Assembly: GCA_015058215.1 (NCBI GenBank)
Contig: SVCU01000010.1
Coordinates: 456-64,455, forward strand
DNA length: 64,000 bases
Source: Clostridiales bacterium
GTDB lineage: Bacteria > Bacillota > Clostridia > Peptostreptococcales > Anaerovoracaceae
Reading direction: 5' to 3'
Of this stretch, positions 59,841 through 64,000 are shown piece by piece. The notes under the pieces were generated by a model. That model was not told the origin of the DNA. It saw only the letters and a list, made by a program, of their open reading frames with translations, and did no database searches. Each line of letters starts with the position of its first letter. Position 1 is the first letter of the stretch. Position numbers and translations under genes: made by a program.

Positions 59841-59846
59841 AAAATG

Positions 59847-59939
59847 TGGCGGAGAAGATGGGATTCGAACCCATGCACCGGAAAACCCAGCCTAACGGTT
59901 TAGCAAACCGTCCTCTTCAGCCTACTTGAGTACTTCTCC
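59847..59939 (-). tRNA. tRNA-Ser(GCU)
   Basis: Anticodon loop UU-GCU-AA, long variable arm, encoded CCA. Confidence 0.9.
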
Positions 59940-59994
59940 TCGTTTGCCAACGTGTGGACCAGATTCTGTTTTCAAAGATCTTCGCGAAAGGTTT

Positions 59995-60083
59995 TGGCGG
60001 AGAGGGTGGGATTCGAACCCACGGCCCCTTTCGGAGTCACTGGTTTTCAAGACCAGCTCCATAAACCGCTCGGACACCTCTCC
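59995..60083 (-). tRNA. tRNA-Ser(UGA)
   Basis: Anticodon loop CU-UGA-AA, long variable arm, encoded CCA. Confidence 0.9.
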
Positions 60084-60118
60084 TCGGTATCTCGTGCCGG
60101 TCCCCAAAGTGTTTAAAA

Positions 60119-60194
60119 TGGTGACCCATGCGCGGCTCGAACGCGCGACACCTTGATTAAAAGTCAAGTGCTCTACCGACTGAGCTAATGGGTC
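60119..60194 (-). tRNA. tRNA-Lys(UUU)
   Basis: Anticodon loop CU-UUU-AA, encoded CCA. Confidence 0.9.
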
Positions 60195-60197
60195 ATA

Positions 60198-60272
60198 TGG
60201 CTGGGGTAGCAGGACTTGAACCTACGAATGACGGAGTCAAAGTCCGTTGCCTTACCGCTTGGCTATACCCCA
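60198..60272 (-). tRNA. tRNA-Gln(UUG)
   Basis: Anticodon loop CU-UUG-AC, UGGGGUA acceptor, encoded CCA. Confidence 0.9.
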
Positions 60273-60296
60273 TCTTTCTTTGGTGTTGTAAAAAAA

Positions 60297-60373
60297 TGGC
60301 GAGCCCACAGGGATTCGAACCCCGGACACACGGCTTAGAAGGCCGTTGCTCTATCCAGCTGAGCTATGAGCCC
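60297..60373 (-). tRNA. tRNA-Arg(UCU)
   Basis: Anticodon loop CU-UCU-AA, encoded CCA. Confidence 0.88.
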
Positions 60374-60385
60374 GCGTCTTTGGTA

Positions 60386-60459
60386 TGGAGCGGATGATGA
60401 GAATCGAACTCACGTGATCAGCTTGGAAGGCTGAAGTTCTACCATTGAACTACATCCGC
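60386..60459 (-). tRNA. tRNA-Gly(UCC)
   Basis: Anticodon loop CU-UCC-AA, encoded CCA. Confidence 0.9.
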
Positions 60460-60467
60460 GAAAAAAA

Positions 60468-60542
60468 TGGAGCGGAAGACGAGATTCGAACTCGCGACCC
60501 TCGCCTTGGCAAGGCGATGCTCTACCCCTGAGCCACTTCCGC
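60468..60542 (-). tRNA. tRNA-Gly(GCC)
   Basis: Anticodon loop UU-GCC-AA, encoded CCA. Confidence 0.9.
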
Positions 60543-60549
60543 ACACGAA

Positions 60550-60634
60550 TGGTGGTGGGAGATGGATTCGAACCATCGAAAGCTCAGCTAACGGATTTAC
60601 AGTCCGCCCCCTTTGGCCACTCGGGAATCCCACC
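60550..60634 (-). tRNA. tRNA-Tyr(GUA)
   Basis: Anticodon loop CU-GUA-AA, long variable arm, encoded CCA. Confidence 0.9.
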
Positions 60635-60687
60635 AGATTTGTTTTACAACTATTGAGTTGTCATGGTACGTTTGACCTGAAAAAAGT

Positions 60688-60762
60688 TGGAGCTGGCGAA
60701 GGGAATCGAACCCCCAACCTGCTGATTACAAATCAGCTGCTCTACCGTTGAGCCACACCAGC
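60688..60762 (-). tRNA. tRNA-Thr(UGU)
   Basis: Anticodon loop UU-UGU-AA, encoded CCA. Confidence 0.9.
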
Positions 60763-60792
60763 CCATCGACTGAACCCTTCAGGTAAAAAAAA

Positions 60793-60869
60793 TGGCGACC
60801 TGGAACGGGCTCGAACCGTCGACCTCCAGCGTGACAGGCTGGCATTCTAACCAACTGAACTACCAGGCC
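60793..60869 (-). tRNA. tRNA-Asp(GUC)
   Basis: Anticodon loop CU-GUC-AC, encoded CCA. Confidence 0.9.
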
Positions 60870-60874
60870 AAAAT

Positions 60875-60951
60875 TGGTGGGCGTGACAGGACTCGAACCT
60901 GTGACCCCCTGCTTGTAAGGCAGGTGCTCTAACCAGCTGAGCTACACGCCC
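60875..60951 (-). tRNA. tRNA-Val(UAC)
   Basis: Anticodon loop CU-UAC-AA, encoded CCA. Confidence 0.9.
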
Positions 60952-60982
60952 CCAGTAGTGTGTTTGTCTGACACAATTAGAG

Positions 60983-61011
60983 ATTATACCCAAGTGTCGG
61001 TCTTTTGTCAA
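60983..61011 (-). promoter_or_regulatory. Consensus sigmaA promoter driving the 15-tRNA operon
   Basis: On the minus strand: TTGACA, 17-nt spacer, TATAAT. The -10 element ends about 30 nt upstream of tRNA-Val. Confidence 0.7.
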
Positions 61012-61107
61012 GAGGTTTTTTCAACTTTTGAAAGTTTTTCAAGTTTCTTCGGTTGAAAGCGGGTCCGGCGGGAAGTCTCCGAAGAGGCTCCCCTTCCGTC
61101 TCCTGAC

Positions 61108-61182
61108 TGGCTCCAAGGGTGGGGCTCGAACCCACAGCCTATCGGTTAACAGCCGAGTGCTCCACCATTGAGCTACCTTGGA
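61108..61182 (-). tRNA. tRNA-Asn(GUU)
   Basis: Anticodon loop CU-GUU-AA, UCCAAGG acceptor with G discriminator, encoded CCA. Confidence 0.88.
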
Positions 61183-61212
61183 ACATTTTGGTTCTTTGCG
61201 GAACCGAGTTTT

Positions 61213-61241
61213 ATCATACTAAAAAAAGTACTTTTTGTCAA
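61213..61241 (-). promoter_or_regulatory. SigmaA promoter for tRNA-Asn
   Basis: On the minus strand: TTGACA, 17-nt spacer, TATGAT, about 30 nt upstream of the tRNA 5' end. Confidence 0.6.
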
Positions 61242-61346
61242 CGGGGAGTTTGCATTTTCATCCAAAATTTTCACGAAAGGCGGCACAATTCATTGTGCCG
61301 CCCCGCTTCTCATTTCATGGATACCGCTTCCCCGCAGAAGCCTGTC

Positions 61347-61979
61347 CTATTCCGGTACACGCACGGCTTCGATGGCTCGCTCCACCACTCTGGCCGCACC
61401 GTTCGTCACGTCGGAAAACAGTTTGGCAACTTCCCCTTCGTCTTCCGGAAGAGAGATCACCTGCGCGGTCACAAGATCGGTGAAGCCCACTTCACCAAAG
61501 GTGAAGAGACCGTCCTTTTCCAGGTTCTGCAGCTTGCCGTAATGGGTGTAATCGAAGGCGATCCGCTGGACCAGCCGCTCTTCCACCCGGGCGATGCCCG
61601 CAGCTTCCAGGGTCATTTTGGCAGTGCCGCCGTAGGCGCGCACAAGCCCGCCGGTGCCCAGCAGTTTGCCGCCGAAATAGCGGATCACCACCATGGCCAC
61701 GTTGGTGACCCCTTCTTTATCCAGCACCTGCAGCATGGGCGGGCCGGCCGTTCCCTGGGGCTCGCCGTTATCGCTGGCCCACTGGTAAGTGCCTTTCTCA
61801 CCGATGATACAGGCGGGCACGCAATGGGTGCAACCCTTGTATTTTGCCCGCATCTCCGCAAAAAATTCGTCCGCTTCCTCCCGGGAGTGCACTTCCTTCA
61901 CTTCGCCGATGAACCGGGATTTTTCAATGACCTGTTCGGCCAGAGGGCCTTCTTTTGCAATGGTTCTGTAGAGGATCAT
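61347..61979 (-). CDS. yigZ: YigZ/IMPACT-family protein
   Basis: IEKSRFIGEV...ASDNGEPQGTAGPPML motif (UPF0029). Confidence 0.85.
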   Translation of the reverse strand: MILYRTIAKEGPLAEQVIEKSRFIGEVKEVHSREEADEFFAEMRAKYKGCTHCVPACIIGEKGTYQWASDNGEPQGTAGPPMLQVLDKEGVTNVAMVVIRYFGGKLLGTGGLVRAYGGTAKMTLEAAGIARVEERLVQRIAFDYTHYGKLQNLEKDGLFTFGEVGFTDLVTAQVISLPEDEGEVAKLFSDVTNGAARVVERAIEAVRVPE

Positions 61980-63290
61980 CTATTCTTCCTCCTTCCGCCA
62001 CTGATCGCAGCGCGCCAGATCTTCGGGAGCCAGTTCCGCGATCACCAGAGTACCCTCGGCCAGGTAATCCAGCTTTTCGGGCTCGTACTTGCCGCAGAGC
62101 CAGGAGACCACATCACCTCTGTCGTAGGGGATCACCAGGCGCGCCCGGGTACGGTCGCCGAAGAGATGCTTCCGGATGCGTTCCATCAGGTCTTCCATGC
62201 CCTCGCCGCTCTTGGCGGACAGGAACTGGGTCTCTTCTTCCGGCGGGAACAGAAGTTCCATACGTTCTTCTTCCGTAAACAGATCCACTTTATTATAGAC
62301 CAGGATGGATTCTTTATCGCCGGCACCGATTTCTTTCAGCACCTTCTCCGTTACCTGCCGCTGGAATTCATGGTCTTCGAAGCTGCAGTCCACCACGTGG
62401 ATCAGAAGATCAGCGAAGCTGACTTCCTCCAGAGTGGCCTTGAATGCGTCCACCAGGGAATGGGGCAGCTTGCTGACGAAGCCGACGGTATCGATGAGAA
62501 TGAATTCGTGACCGCTTTCCAGACGGATCTTCCGCTGGAAGGTATCCAGAGTGGCGAAGAGCATATTCTTTTCGAATACGGTCTTTTCTTCTTTTTCCGC
62601 GTGCTCCAGGAACCGGTTCATGATGGCGGACTTGCCGGAGTTGGTGTAGCCCACCAGAGCCACGGCGGGGATGCCCGCCTTCTCGCGCTGGGAGCGCTGG
62701 GTACGGCGGTTGTTCTTCACTTCCTTCAGTTCGTCTTTGATTTCGTCCATGCGGCGACTGATGTGACGGCGGTCCGTTTCCAGCTTCTTTTCGCCGGGGC
62801 CTCTGGTGCCGATGCCGCCGCCCAGTCTGGACAGGGATTTGCCGAAGCCCGTCAGGCGGGGCAGACGGTACTGCAGCTGAGCCAGTTCCACCTGCAGCTT
62901 GCCTTCCCGGGAAACGGCACGGGCCGCGAAAATATCCAGGATCAGGATGGTGCGGTCGATGACCTTCACGCCGAGAGCATCCTCCAGATTACGCAGCTGC
63001 ATGCCGGAAAGCTCGTTGTCGAAAATGACCATATCCGCTTCCATGTCTTTGCAGAGCTGGCAGAGTTCCTCCACCTTGCCCTTGCCCAGATACGTGGCGG
63101 TATTGGGCTTTTCCAGCGTCTGGATCACATTGCCCAGCACCTGGATGTTGGCTGCTTCCGCCAGGCCGGAAAGTTCTTCCAGACTGCGGTTCAAAGCATT
63201 CCCGCGGTCGTTCTTCATGTCCACAGCGGCCAGAATGGCTCTGTATTCTTCGTTTTGAATGATTTCGTTTTGTTCATTAAATCTGATCAT
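61980..63290 (-). CDS. hflX: GTPase HflX
   Basis: HflX N-terminal domain, GYTNSGKSA G1 motif, DTVGF and NKVD. ATG 63290 chosen as start; the ORF track begins at a TTG at 63311. Confidence 0.92.
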   Translation of the reverse strand: MIRFNEQNEIIQNEEYRAILAAVDMKNDRGNALNRSLEELSGLAEAANIQVLGNVIQTLEKPNTATYLGKGKVEELCQLCKDMEADMVIFDNELSGMQLRNLEDALGVKVIDRTILILDIFAARAVSREGKLQVELAQLQYRLPRLTGFGKSLSRLGGGIGTRGPGEKKLETDRRHISRRMDEIKDELKEVKNNRRTQRSQREKAGIPAVALVGYTNSGKSAIMNRFLEHAEKEEKTVFEKNMLFATLDTFQRKIRLESGHEFILIDTVGFVSKLPHSLVDAFKATLEEVSFADLLIHVVDCSFEDHEFQRQVTEKVLKEIGAGDKESILVYNKVDLFTEEERMELLFPPEEETQFLSAKSGEGMEDLMERIRKHLFGDRTRARLVIPYDRGDVVSWLCGKYEPEKLDYLAEGTLVIAELAPEDLARCDQWRKEEE

Positions 63291-63366
63291 AGCGTTTACA
63301 GTATACCACAAACCACAGAAATATGATACAGTAGAAAAAAAGATCCTATGGAATTGCAGGTGATAC

Positions 63367-64000
63367 GATGAAATCCTATCCCATCAACAAGGAATTCTTC
63401 CCCTTTAACCGGTTTACGCCGCCCATCAGCGAGTCCTTTCTGGCTATGGCGGTGCCCCACATGAAAACGCCCCGGTTCCTCTTTCGGGATCCTTCTCTGG
63501 ACGTGACCCGCCTCTCTGTCCCCGGCTGGGAAGGCCATCCTGTCGAAGTCTTTCTGCTGTCCCCCAAAGGGAGCGGCAGCCATGCCCCCTGTCTGGTCTA
63601 TCTGCACGGCGGCGGCTTCGTACTGCCCGCAGCGGGCTACCACTACCGAAATGCCATGCGCTACGCAAAAGAAGCGGACTGCAAGGTGCTGTTCGTCAAT
63701 TACCGTCTGGCGCCCCAGGTGGCTCATCCCGTCTTCTTCGAAGACTGCTATGCCGCTTTCTGCTGGGCCTACGAAAACGCTGCCGATTTGGGGATCGACC
63801 CCGCCCGGTTCGGTGTCGGCGGAGACAGCGCCGGTTCCACCCTGGCCGTGGGCCTGTGCATGATGGCAAGAGACCGGAACCACCCCGTGAACTTCCTGTT
63901 CCAGATGCTGCCCTACCCCTTCCTGGATGCCCGTAACACCAGTGAATCCAGCCGTTTGTATACGGATACCCCCATGTGGAATTCCTCCCTTTCGGACCGG
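63367..64000 (+). CDS. Alpha/beta hydrolase fold-3 esterase/lipase, 3' end cut by window edge
   Basis: Absent from the ORF track because no stop lies in the window. My translation gives MKSYPINKEFFPF...VYLHGGGF (oxyanion HGGG) ... GVGGDSAGSTLA (GDSAG nucleophile elbow). Confidence 0.8.

Overview
High-GC, densely coding chromosomal window from an endospore-forming Firmicute (Clostridia-like; gpr, spoIIP and prkC are present). Most of it is conserved core backbone. From left to right: glpK; the hemW-lepA-spoIIP-gpr / rpsT block; pyrF with an HTH-PyrE fusion; the ftsY-smc-rnc-plsX block; the rpe-rsgA-prkC-prpC-rsmB-fmt-def-priA block; asnA, queH, tdk, gatCAB; a 16-gene tRNA array; yigZ-hflX. The main finding is a 10,603-bp integrated element (about 23,943-34,545) inside a NodB-type, PdaB/PdaA-like sporulation polysaccharide deacetylase gene. 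The two gene segments are colinear and in frame, and they share a GTCCCG core at both junctions. A large serine recombinase gene starts about 120 bp inside the left junction. The element ends reconstruct a 48-bp imperfect palindrome (attP-like) centred on a TC dinucleotide. The element has no phage genes. Its cargo is a small siroheme/4Fe-4S sulfite-reductase-like protein, a BtuF/FecCD-type ABC importer, a CysG-like siroheme synthase, an AT-rich sub-island with a nuclease-like ORF, a Nudix hydrolase, a lipoprotein with a DnaJ-type zinc finger, and rsuA. I interpret it as a skin/SPbeta-like intervening element whose excision would rebuild the deacetylase gene. A plain insertional inactivation cannot be excluded from sequence alone. 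All calls come from reading the ORF track and the sequence by eye. No database search was run.
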